This document shows positions 49,585 through 61,973 of a stretch of 64,000 nt of DNA, one piece after another. The stretch covers positions 756,011 through 820,010 of the forward strand of contig MU006089.1 in NCBI GenBank assembly GCA_010093705.1, in the 5' to 3' direction. A program made the position numbers and the translations under genes. This DNA is from Patellaria atrata CBS 101060. Taxonomy: Eukaryota. Each line of letters starts with the position of its first letter. Position 1 is the first letter of the stretch. The notes under the pieces were generated by a model, which was not told where the DNA came from, searched no databases, and saw only the letters and a program-made list of their open reading frames with translations.

Positions 49585-50472
49585 ATGCCCGGTATTGCCT
49601 ATCTAGATGGAAAACCTATCTTCGGGCCTCCTCGACCTCCGCACCATAACTTTATACTCCACGTACAACTCGCCCCAGGACTAATAGACTCACCTGTGAA
49701 CCGTACATTATCCTGTCCTTCGCGAGCAACATTTGCAGATTTACATCATGCTTTACAGATAGTTTTCGGATGGGCTAAGACTCATACCTATGACTTCAAG
49801 ATCAAGGATCCTGACTATGGGGACGCTCGAGCCAGGGAGCACTTTTCACATCAGATAGACTCATATGCACCTATACAAATGAGGGCAGAATCGCCCCCTA
49901 CTCCTCCTGAAGATTCACCGAGAAAATATCTACTTCGTATCGTGGAGTGTAAAAAGGATAATAGTAAACGAGGCATGGGTTTCGCGACAGTGGATTCATT
50001 CTTGTGTCCGCAGCGTAAACATCCAAGAACTTTGGAGAAAACGGCTACTTCTCTTCAGTTGTGTGATGTATTAGAAGATCTTCAATACAATGGTCGGAAG
50101 CCAGAACCCCAACTTGAGCACGTTGAATCTGGAGATTGATAATCTTTCACAGGTCTCGAACTGGAGTACGAGTACAACTTCGGAGAATGCTGGCACCATT
50201 GCATCACCCTAGAAGGAAGAGCGGACCCTACGTCTCACTTCCTATGTCTCGATGGAGAGGGTCATGGAGTTGCTGAGGACGTGGGCGGTATTCGAGGATG
50301 GGAAGAGCTCAAAGAGGCCTATCGGGCTGCTGTTCCGACGGAAGAGCAAAGAGAGAAAATGCACTGGTATGAGACACAGGCCATCAACGGTGACAAAGAT
50401 GGTTTATCCGCGGGGAATGAGAGGAGATGGAAGAGGAACTCTGTCAACAGACAACTTTTTGGGCTTCGATAG
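49585..50472 (+). CDS. Plasmid pRiA4b ORF-3-like (MM3350-like) protein
   Basis: RTLSCPSRATFADLHHALQIVFGWAKTHTYDF and, after a 60-nt intron (50093-50152), LEYEYNFGECWHHCI...CLDGEGHGVAEDVGGIRGWEELK. Confidence 0.82.
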
Positions 50473-51027
50473 CACGAATGGGGATATTTCTTGCATTGGG
50501 AAAGGCGTACTGGTCGCAGGTCTAACAAAATGCGGCGCACAAAATAGATATGATAGGCAGTGATGCTACGCCACTATTCGGAACCATTAGAATTATGTAG
50601 CAATAATTACTTTACGAATTGCATGAAAGGATTCTTAGCATGGAGTTACTTTGGTACATAGGGCAAAGTAGTTTTCCGTACAAGGGTCATGTCGATCGGA
50701 CCTCCGACGCACGTGATTGATACCAGATATCGTGGCAAACCAATTGATTTGAAGGATGCATGACAGCTGCAAGTAAGTTCTGTCATACCTTCTCACCTCA
50801 CATACTTTGTGCCTTCCTCTTTCTCCACGCCGAATCTGGAAACAATGCCAAAAGTTGCAAACAGTAATGTAGATTTACAACACGAAGATGAGACGAAAGG
50901 TCAACGCTATCCCCGGCATACGCAATTCATACCGTCTTCGTCAATTGTATGAATAGCGCATACAGATCCGTCACATGTTTGGCTAGTATTGCTTTTTATC
51001 TCGACATCCCATTCGAAGCAATTCAAC

Positions 51028-54000
51028 ATGGCGGAACAGCCAGCTCCAGGAAGAATACCTCCGAGGAGGACGCGTTCTAACTTCTTGACACGCGCACCGA
51101 CTGACGATACATCACAATTAAGCCGGAGGACGTCTATCGTCCCGCCGACTCCATCACCTCGACAAGAGGTCCCCCCTCAACCACCAGAGCAATATTCTAG
51201 TCGCGCTGGAAATAACGATCGATTACAAGTGTCGGACTACCATCAACCAGTAGAGGGATCTACTAGTGTGGTCGGTGATTTCTTCTCAATGGGAGCCCGA
51301 TATCGACCATCCCCCAACCGTAGGCGGTCATCTAGCCATCGACGAAAGTCACCCGGGCCTGGTGTTCCTCTGTCAACAGCTCATTTAGATATTGCTCAAT
51401 TACAAGCTGATACTAAAGATGACTTATCAAGACCAAAACCTGGCGCATTCCCCCGTCCTGTTGGAGGCACTTTTAAACTTGGAACTTTTGCCGGTGTCTT
51501 CGTGCCGACAAGTTTGAATGTACTGAGTATCTTGATGTTCCTTCGTTTTGGTTTTATTCTTGGCCAAGCAGGCGTTACTGGGACAATGGGGATGCTCATT
51601 GTTTGCTATGCCATCAATCTTATTACTACGATGTCAATTAGCGCAATTGCTACGAATGGAACGGTGAGAGGTGGTGGGGCTTATTATCTGATCTCCCGTA
51701 GTCTTGGGCCCGAATTCGGTGGCTCTATAGGGATTGTCCTATATATGGGGTTTACCTTCGGTTCCGGTATGAACGCTGTTGGTCTGGTTGATTGCGTCAA
51801 GCAGAACTTTGGGTCTCTGACTGGTAGTCGGGCACAATGGTTACCTGAAGGTTTCTGGTGGGAGTACCTCTGGGGAACAATAGTTTTACTTATTTGCACA
51901 GCAATTTGTCTTGCTGGTAGCGGAATATTTGCAAGAGCTTCCAATGGACTTTTAGTCATGTTGTTGATTGCTACCTTTAGCATTCCGTTATCTACCCTAT
52001 TCATGAGTCCTTTTGAAAGTCGGAAACTTGGAATCGAGTATACAGGATTGAGTCGTCAAACATTTCTGGGAAATCTTTCGCCACGATTCACTAAAGGGGC
52101 CGCTGGTAGTCAACTTAAGGGCAAGGAAACCTTTCAGGATCTTTTCGGTATATTGTTTCCAGCTACTGGTGGTATTTTTGCGTAGGTTTTCCCTTCATCA
52201 AACAAGAATAATCTATAACCGGACTTTCTGATATGTACATAGGGGAGCGAGTATGTCGGGCGATCTCAAACACCCTAGCAAAGCTATACCGAAGGGAACT
52301 CTTTATGGACTACTTCTGACTTTTTTCACGTACTCAACGGTTATTTTGGCAATGGCAGGAAGTATTACACGAGCTTCACTATACAGAAATGTGAACGTGA
52401 TATCTGAGGTGAGAAGTTGGCGCCATTTTCTCATCTATATTCGCTGATATACTGTTCTAGGTAAACGTGTCCGGTGCACTGATCCTATTAGGAGAATTTG
52501 CGACCTCCTTCTTTTCTACACTCATGGGTGTCATTGGTTCTGCCAAACTGCTTCAGGCTCTAGCGCGTGACAATCTTATTCCTGGTCTCTCCATCTTTGG
52601 TCAAGGTACGAAAGTTGGCGATGAGCCGACGGTTGCAATCATATTTACGTATGCGATCGCCCAAGTCGTAAGTAGTCTCTTCTCTTCATTGCTTTCCATA
52701 GCACATTGTCCTATTTCTCTCGAGCGTATCATGATCTCTTTTCTCCTTCCTACCTTCCTACACTATCAGTAAATATCTTCCTGCTTCTTATCTCTTAGTC
52801 TTCCCTTCGCCGCGACCACCAACGACAGCTTTTCTGGTGATATACCAATGATTATATGGATTATAACTAACTGAATTCGAAGACGATGCTTGCGGATATC
52901 AATCAGATTGCCAGTCTCCAAACTATGGGTGAGTCATAATAATCCTCAATATCTGTCTGAAAATTAGATTCTAAACTAATTTCTAGCCTTCTTGATGACT
53001 TTCCTGGTCACAAATCTTGCATGCTTCTTACTAAAGATCAGCTCCGCGCCAAATTTTCGCCCATCGTTTCATTACTTCAATTGGTGGACCGCAGCGATAG
53101 GAACTATCTTCAGCGGAGCGACCATGTTCTTCGTTGATGGGGTTTACGCCTCAGGTTGTGTTGCACTTCTCATCAGCATATTCCTTGTCATTCATTTCTT
53201 CACCCCACCGAAAAGCTGGGGTGATGTATCCCAATCCTTAATTTACCATCAAGTCAGAAAATATCTTCTACGACTGCGTCAGGAGCATGTCAAGTATTGG
53301 AGACCCCAAATCCTCCTATTCATTAATGATCCCCGCCGCCAGTATAAGTTGATACAATTTTGCAACTCCCTCAAGAAAGGTGCCTTGTTTGTGCTTGGTC
53401 ATGTCATTGTCACCCCAGACTTCGGCCCGGCGGTTCCAGAGGCAAGGCGACAGCAACATGCATGGAGACAATACATTGACTTCTCCAAGATCAAGGCGTT
53501 TGTGAATATTGCTATATCTCCCGGAGTCGAATGGGGAGTCAGGAACATCGTTCTTAGTACTGGTCTTGGGGGGATGAGACCAAATATAGTAGTCATGGGA
53601 TTCTACAATCTAGGAGAGCTTAAGGCGTCACAACCACTTATCGATATCTCGTCGCCGGGACCGCTCCCGTCTACAAGTCACCAGGAAGATGAAACACATA
53701 CAGAGGAACAATCGAAATTTCGAAAATTCCGCAAGCGGAAGGAGGATAAGCTCCACGGTGCTCTACCTACAGATACTAATAGGCCTGAAGGTGCTATTGG
53801 ACCGAAGGAATACGTCACAATTCTAGAGGACCTACTACTGAGACTTCGAATCAATGTAGCGATCGGGAAAAACTTTCAGGAATTAGACCTGCCTACACCA
53901 AAACCTTCAATTATAAACCGTGTACTATCGAAATTTAAACATTCAGACCAAGATGACGACGGGGACGGAAAAAAATTCATTGACTTATGGCCTATTCAGA

Positions 54001-55502
54001 TGTCCGCGGAGATTGCGGCCGCTGGCGGGGAAGAAGGGTTGAAGAAGAATATCTTGACCACAAATTTTGATACTTATACCCTCATACTTCAGCTCGGGTG
54101 TATTCTACATACTGTAGATTCCTGGAGGAGGGTATATAAACTTCGGGTTGCTGTATTTGTTGAGTATGAAACGGATGTGGAAGAAGAAAGAGGAAGAGTT
54201 ACAATGCTTTTAGCAAACCTCCGTATAGAAGCTCAAGTCCTCGTCTTCTGGTTAGCATCTGGAGATATCAAAACATATGAGGTCATCGTTAACGGTGCGA
54301 GTGGCGATGCATTCTCAGGCACTCTTCGGAAGGTCGATTCGGCTTTAGAAGAAGAAGAATGGTGGCATGATATACAAACTCTTAGAGGCATCCGGGGTCC
54401 TATCACGGCTACCCAGCAACTTGCGGAGGTCGAGGGCTTATTGGAATCAAAAGGTCGACGTGGCTCCATGTTTCGGGCCGATCCCCTCGAAACCGGAAGG
54501 TCCAAATTCCAGAAAATCAAGAGGATGCTGAAACGTACCAAGAAGAGAGCTTCCATAGGCAATCTCAGCCAATTTGGCGCGCTGAGCTTAGGTATGACTA
54601 CGCATAGGTTGGATCCTGATCTAATCCTCGGAAGCGCCAGTGAGAGCTCCTCGTCTGATGAGGAGGGTGCGAGTGAGTCCAGAAGTAGCGATGAGTCACA
54701 AAGTCGCACATCAGCGGTTACTGAGAATGATATCGATGACTATCGATCTAGTAGCTCTGAGGGTTATCAACCAGCGACTCCGTCTAGAAGAAGTAAGTCT
54801 GTTGGATATCGTGGAAGCGTTCGCTCCGAAGTAAGCAAGCCGACCTTACACGAGGCAATCATGGCCCTAAAATCGCAACAGAGTGCAAACAACCAAAGTA
54901 CATCGAAACGTACATCCGGAACAGTCACACCTGAAACTTCCTTGAAAGGGCTCCAGACTTCCTCTCCTTCATCACGCAATATTCGTACAAGTAATACTCC
55001 ATCCTCACACATGGGCTCATCGAGTGGTACCCTCCAACCTCCTCGCCCACCAACGATACGCCAACACTCCATGCCCAAATTTACCTCTAAGCCTGTACCT
55101 CGGACTGAGGTATCCGCAGATGAAGGTCCAGGACCCTCAATCATGTTCACCGACCAGCCGTCGCCCCCAGCACACCACAACCCGCACCAATCCATCTACA
55201 AGCACTCCCCTGCCCAGCAAGCAACCGGGACAGCGTCCGGCTTCCCGTTCCAGCAATCGCTCGCACTAAGCTTCAACGACCTACCCTGTCGAGCACAACA
55301 TCTCATCCTCAACGAGCTCATGATTCAGCAGTCGGGGGATACCGCAGTCGTATTTACGACGTTGCCGAGTCCTGTCCAGGGAACGTGTGAGAGTGATGAG
55401 GAGAGTTTGAGGTATTTGATGGATCTGGAGGGGCTATGTAGGGATATGCCGCCAGTGTTATTGGTGCACAGTAATAGTATGACGGTGACGATGAATTTGT
55501 GA
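51028..55502 (+). CDS. VHC1: Cation-chloride cotransporter (SLC12 family, vacuolar)
   Basis: KLGTFAGVFVPTSLNVLSILMFLRFG, SAIATNGTVRGGGAYYLISRSLGPEFGG, LFPATGGIFA|GASMSGDLK, SAPNFRPSF, HVKYWRPQILL, GLGGMRPN; 4 introns and a 46-nt exon (52883-52928). Confidence 0.93.
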
Positions 55503-56069
55503 GTTTCGAGCGGGTTTTGGCTGGAATATCATTACTCTCCGGGAGAATTGCGACTGGCAACGGCGCTGATTTTGTCTGGCCTTAATACGCATTTCTATCA
55601 ATGAAACTCGAAATATCCTTAGTATGATGTAATCCGGTTTAGACCGTTGAAAGGGGTCCGATCATGACTGAAATAAAGGCCCGAGTACAGTAACGGGACT
55701 AATGGCGTGGACGGATGCACGTGCTGCTAAAGCTTAGCTTTTAGCTAAGCCTTTTTAAATTTATTTTATTGGATGAATTGATCTTGACATATGAGCTTGT
55801 CTTGGCTAGCTTATGAGTGCCCATCTGAAGAATGACGAGGCTGGGAGCTGGCGTACTCGGCTGATTCCATCGGCATGAACGACGAGGAAACAGACGATAG
55901 CGCTCGCATGCATACGTATAAATCCTCGAGCAGCTTTCTACTTGTTGACAGTATGCTCTGCCGAAGGCTATCCTCTGCTTAGACTTGCAACTGTCTCTGG
56001 CCCCTTTACCTCCCATTGCGTATCTCATTTACTTCTCCGGTTACACTGTCGCATGTCGCCGGTTCAGCA

Positions 56070-57905
56070 ATGTTAACGGAGAAAGGATCCTCATCGTCAA
56101 ATGGTGGACATCGAGGAGATGAATCCGTCTGGCAGAGCGAGTCTTCGAAAGGCTCAAATTCAGGAAATGCGCTCAAAAAGAAGACGAGCCTGAATTCCTC
56201 CACCTCCTCCGGACCTGCAGGCGGTTTCGACGAAACTCCTATCCCCTCCGCACCGCCAGGATACACCGTTAAGATAACCTTTCACAGAGCCGAAAATCTT
56301 CCTATATCCGATATTAGCACATTTTCATCCGATCCCTTCATACTTGCCCAGATGAATACCTCGTTACCGCCGCGGCATAAAGAAGATCCTCACATACGTC
56401 TACGTACGCCTACAATACACAGAAGTACAAACCCACAGTGGAATTGTGAATGGATCATCGCGAACGTCCCTTCTAGTGGGTTCAAACTGAAAGTGCGGGT
56501 ATATGATGAGGATACGGCTGATCATGATGATCGGCTCGGAAACGCGCATGTTATAGTTCCTCCGTTTGAGGAGGACTGGCAGGGAATACATAATCAGTGC
56601 TATAAGCTGAAGAAACGAATGGGGAGTAAAAGAGCGTACTTGCTGCGCGGCGTTGCTGTCTGTTTGGGCCATGCTAAACATATGAGTGGATTCGTTTATA
56701 TTAGTGTTGAGGTGCTTGAGAGAACGCCTGGGGAGGATGGTGGCAGATGTTATACCCTTGGACCACTGTGGTGGACGAAGCATTATTCACCTCTGCTAGG
56801 TCGGATCACGGGGAAAGTGGATACTGATCTCGGCGAGAAAGGCCGTGAGAAGTGCAGAAGTAAAAGTTACAAGTACGCTTCCCTCGACCAAATTTTAGCA
56901 ATATTCTCACATTTTTGAAGCTTTCAAGCGAATCAGATGCAACTGCAAGGTCCAGTACCCGCGCAAATGTATCATCGTTATGTCGAATTCAAACCTTTCG
57001 TCAAAGCGATGTTCACGAGTAGAGGGGTGAAGGGTTTTCTCTTGAGCAAGGCGCTGCATCACCAGCATGGTCGCGTATATAATTTTGATCATTCAACTGA
57101 GTGGGGTAGGTTTAACGAACCATGTAGGGAGATGACTCTACAGTTTTTAGAGCTAGTACATTACGACCGCGGAGGCCGAATATTCACCTACGTCTTAACA
57201 CTGGACTCCCTCTTCCGCTTCACAGAGACCGGGAAAGAGTTTGGAATCGACATGTTAAGCAAGCACACCATGCATAGCGATGTTAGCATATATGTCGCTT
57301 TTAGTGGCGAGTTCTTCATTAGACGGTTAAAACATCCGCGCCGACGACTACCAGAAGAAGGTGGTCACAACAAGGAACATCCCCCAGAAGACCTATGGGA
57401 AGGCGCTGATGAAGAAGCACCGAAAGACCCGACTCACTACGAAATCATCATTGATAACGACAGCGGTACATACCGACCTAACGCAAAGCTCCTCCCTCTC
57501 CTAAAAGAATTCATAGAGCGCCAATTCCCTGGCTTGCGAGTTGTAACACTCGACTCCCAAGGGGATGCTGAAAGGATGCAAAAGATGAAGAACGAGCAAC
57601 GAGAAAGGAAGAAGGAAGAGGGTAACCATATCGTGTACACCCAAGTTAGTGATATAGAGAGTTTGAGCTCTAGTGACGAGGAGGCTCTGGATGCTCTAGA
57701 AAGAGAGGGGTATAAGAGGGATAGGGGTCTGCTGAGCCAGATGCAGAGAGAGATTGCGGCCAAGGGGCAGGCGAAGCAGAATCATTTGAAGACGATGATG
57801 CCACACATGGATTTGTTTGATGCAGCGGCGGCGAATGACGATATACATAGGGTGCATTCAGATACGGGGTTGGATGAGAAACAAGGAAAGGCTCCCGAAG
57901 GATAA
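56070..57905 (+). CDS. C2-domain protein with uncharacterised C-terminal domain
   Basis: C2: VKITFHRAENLPISDISTFSSDPFI..NPQWNCEW..LKVRVYDED..DDRLG; intron 56873-56920 joins to YNFQANQMQLQGPVP. Confidence 0.87.
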
Positions 57906-58283
57906 AATTTGAAATTAACATCCATACGTTCATGTCACAAGAGTTGGTTTGAGGGAGCGATCCGTTATAGTTTGGATACCAGATGGTCTTCCATGATTGC
58001 TTGGTGCTTGGATTTGCAGCTTAGATACCCGCGTTGTTTACTGTTCTTATAAGTAAATGGAAGCAGAAGTGAGCAAGCTTTACGTACTAAACGAATATCA
58101 ACAGACGGAAATGTCTCTCTTACATAAAGACATAGACGAGGAATGGCGTACCGCATCTCCAGTCGAGTGACTCGAGTCAGAGAAAGCTCGGACGGAAAGG
58201 TTCCGCTCGTTCGAGTTTCTTTGTTCCATCTCAGCCCGCACAGCTTCTCCAGCTTCCAACAATACAACTCTCAATTGCTGAAC

Positions 58284-59567
58284 ATGAGGACGTATTTTTC
58301 TTCCTACTTGATTTGCAGCTTAGTATGGATCTACTCTGTCTCATCCAGTCTATCAGAACAACAAGTCCAGCTTCAGTTGCACGACCCTCGTCATAATGAC
58401 GACTATTGGGATGATCCAGGAAACCGTAACAACGAGCTTCTCTACCTCCACAAGCGGCTCGTAGAAATACAAAGCATATCCGGGTACGAAGAGAGTGTTG
58501 GTTTATTCCTAAAAGCCTACTTAGAAGAACAAAACTTCACCGTTGAGCTCCAGGAAGTGGAGAACAAGAGATATAATGTTCTCGCCTGGCCTGGCGAGAC
58601 TAAAAATACATCGGTCCTATTAACATCACACATAGATACCGTAAGAATCCTTCCCCTCCTCCCAATACGGTGTCTCTGATTGTAGTAGGTTCCGCCATAC
58701 ATACAATACAACCGCAACTCAACCCATATCTCCGGCCGCGGCTCCGTCGACGCCAAAGCAAGCGTCGCAGCTCAAATCATCGCCGCGCGGAACATCCTCA
58801 AAAACGACACTTCCGCCTCCCTCTCCCTCCTCTACGTCATCGCGGAAGAGACAACGGGTCTCGGCATGCGCACCTTCTCGTCCAACAACACCCACCCCTA
58901 TCGCGCCGTCATTTTCGGCGAGCCCACCGAGTCGGCGCTGGTCGCGGGACACAAGGGAAATGTTTGGCTGACATTGAGGGTTAAGGGACGTGCGGCACAT
59001 TCGGGGTATCCCTGGCTCGGGCTCAGTGCGACGGAGGTGTTGGTCGAGGCACTGGGGGTTATTAAGAGTTTGGAGAAGATGGGTGCGTTTCCGAGTAGTG
59101 ATAAATACCGCAATACGACGGTGAACATCGGACATATGACGGGCGGTGTTGCAGCCAACGTAGTAGCCGAAACAGCAGAGGCAGATGTCGCAGTCAGATT
59201 AGCGGCAGGAACACCGGACGACTTCATAAACATTGTGGAAGGCGGGTTGGAGGAAACTGGTAAATGGGTGAAGGAGAAAGGAGGCGAACTGGAAGTTGTT
59301 TGGACCAACAGAGGTTACCCTCCTATCGATTGTGCGTGCGATGTCAAGGGGTTCGAGTGTATCACCGTCAACTACGGGACCGACGTACCGTGGTTGGAAG
59401 GAGATCATAAGAGGTATTTGTACGGGCCTGGTACAATCTTCGTGGCGCATTCAGATCATGAGGCTATTGCCGTCAAGGAGTTAGAGAAGGCGGTGGGGGA
59501 TTATGAGAAGTTGATTTTGGCAGCTTTGGAGGAGAAGTCGGCACCTTGGAATTTTTGGGAAATGTGA
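58284..59567 (+). CDS. Secreted or vacuolar M20 metallopeptidase (ArgE/DapE-like)
   Basis: Signal peptide; SHIDTV|PP, GRGSVDAK, EET, GEPT, AHSGYP and AHSDHE metal-binding motifs; intron 58641-58688. Confidence 0.92.
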
Positions 59568-59732
59568 ATGCGTGGTTAGGGGAAGGGAAGGGAAGGGAAG
59601 AGTCGACTGTAGGCGGAGAGGATTGTACATCTAATACTAGTGGTATAGCAGAAGTATATCGTATGCGTGACCTAAAACTACAATATGGCCCAGCTATATA
59701 ACTGACCTAACTTTGGTTATATGACACAGATT

Positions 59733-59771
59733 TACAGTCAACCCAGAGTGTACAGTCAACTCAGAGTGTAC
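59733..59771. repeat. 18-bp tandem duplication (TACAGTCAACYCAGAGTG), 2 copies
   Basis: Directly visible; a (GGGAA)4 run lies nearby at ~59580-59600. Confidence 0.8.
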
Positions 59772-61973
59772 GGTGGTAGTTAGAGTACATTCAAACACAA
59801 TAAAGTAAACTCGACTAACTTAAAAGAAATAATGCCGTTTATCAACGGTATCAAGCAGACTTTTTAACAAGAAATGACTTTTTCTTCGGGGTGATACCGC
59901 TTTGTGATTTGACTGAGAAGATATGGAAAGGGACGACGGCAAACCTGCTACCATATCCAGTGCCTCACCGTCGGCCATGTCGGCGATATCTAAGTAAAGT
60001 TGGGAGGAGGTGTAGTTCGGGCCGAGACTTTTCGGACAACCCACGGAAGCCGAGGGACCGGGACGGAAGGACAGCCGGCCGAGTCGGATGTCCATGTTGC
60101 CCCTATATTGCGACAAATTTGGAGGAGTCGGAGGATGCATTTAAAACAGCAAAATATCATGAAAAGCGCAATAGACAATGCAGAAGGTCCGATGCAAAGT
60201 AAGACGAAAACTCCTAGACCTCGCAACGACATCTGATTCGCACGTTCGCATAAGGGAACTCCAGTCCATCATAACCGCTCGGAATAATAGAAAGCTCACC
60301 TAATAACAAACAAGCAGCTAGGATGCCAATCCGCCGTTTTGCAGAAATGAGGACAAAGTAGATTTTGACTTTTGAGCGAACAACAAAAAGGGCCCTGTCC
60401 AATATTTGCTGCGTTGCACTGGGGAGCCTGTCGCAATCAATCAATCTCGTTTGATTGCCCCTCAGCCCTACTGATCCCAATCACCAGCGAGTCCTCACCG
60501 CTTTCAGTGGCATCCCGGGTGCTGGGCGGGCGATGGACAATGGTGCATAGCGAGATAGATTAAGGGTGCGACGAGGGGATCAATATTATACGGTAAGCGC
60601 ATAAACCGACGACAGGTCTTTACCGTAAACCTGCGAAATGCGAGATTATGGCCAACATGCATGGCTGGAATGGGAGATGATGCTCGCAAAGGTAGGATGG
60701 CTGCTCTCTCGTGCTCTGCGTCTGAATTCTGATAATGCTGTGCCGTTGAATTATTGTCTAGGATGGCGTTTCTTGGTGTTTTGCTACCCCCAGCCGATTG
60801 CGGGAAGGCGTTTCTTTCAACCCCCAAGGCTCTTGTACATTTGCGCCGAGATGCTGAGCAACGCTGAGATTCTTTGCTCGACTCCAAGTCTTTTACGCAT
60901 GGCAGACGTTGACGACAGAGAACTGGGTCCGCAGCTCGATGAAATAGGAAGTGAGCTCTCGCATCGGTGAATGCCGCCACGTGAAAGCTCCCGTCTGACG
61001 AGATATCCACCGCCCAAACGGGACATCTTGGAGATTCTTGTCGTTGCAAGTCTTGCACTACACCGCTACAGGTCGCCTTGAGTTTCCACTCCACGTGCTC
61101 TTCCGCTCCTCCCACAGTTGCAAATCTGCGAAGCGAGTGCTTGTCAGATGTCATGATGCCGGTTTCTCGAGTCTTGAGCTATCTTCGCCCTTTAGTCCGT
61201 AGGAAGGGATCTGAGGATCTCTAGTTTTCCACGTGTCCGCCCGGGATCTCAATGAGGGTTACTGCGCCGGGAGGCTGCAGTAGTAGTCTGAGGTGCTCGA
61301 TCTTGGATAGGCGAATAGGTAGCTGTTCTCCCTCACTCGAGTCAGTCCCTTTCCATCGTGGGGTTGACTTAGCTTCGGACACCAGGAGGAAAACGCGGAG
61401 ATGGGGAGAGATAGTTAACTGAGGTATTGCTTGACTCGTGGACCATTGTATTTGAGGGGGTGTACGCTAGATATTGTGAACGCTAGATAGTCAATGTTGC
61501 GCGAGTTGGAAAGTGCGAGACGAAATTTTAACACACTTCGTAGCATTACTGAGATCCATTCTAGTGTCTAGCAATATGGCCGATCAACAACGTGAATTCA
61601 ACATGAGACAGTTACACACACTTTGGCTACATCTGTGCCCATGTTTAGAACTTCAAGCTCTATGCCCCATCAGTTGTGCACTAGCTCGTAAATACTCCGT
61701 ACAGTACTTGTAGAAATACCTCGAACATGTGGAAGCAAAACTGTACTGCAACTTCGTGGAACCGCTATTGCGAGAGAGTATCGAACGTTGTATAGCACTC
61801 TGTGACCTGGGTAAAGTAAAGAGCTCAGACAGAAGCTTGCTACAACTTCATAGCAAGGTAGAACAATGAAATTGAATTAGTGTGAATTTATTCATATTTT
61901 GAATACTAAGTCCAATGCTAAGAGCTCATCTAAAATGCAATATGCAAAAGGCCTTCTCTAGATCTATATGACA

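Noticed and set aside
55731..55750. GCTTAGCT-TTT-AGCTAAGC hairpin as a Rho-independent terminator
   Set aside because: Not applicable to fungal Pol II transcription; a short palindrome with no further support.
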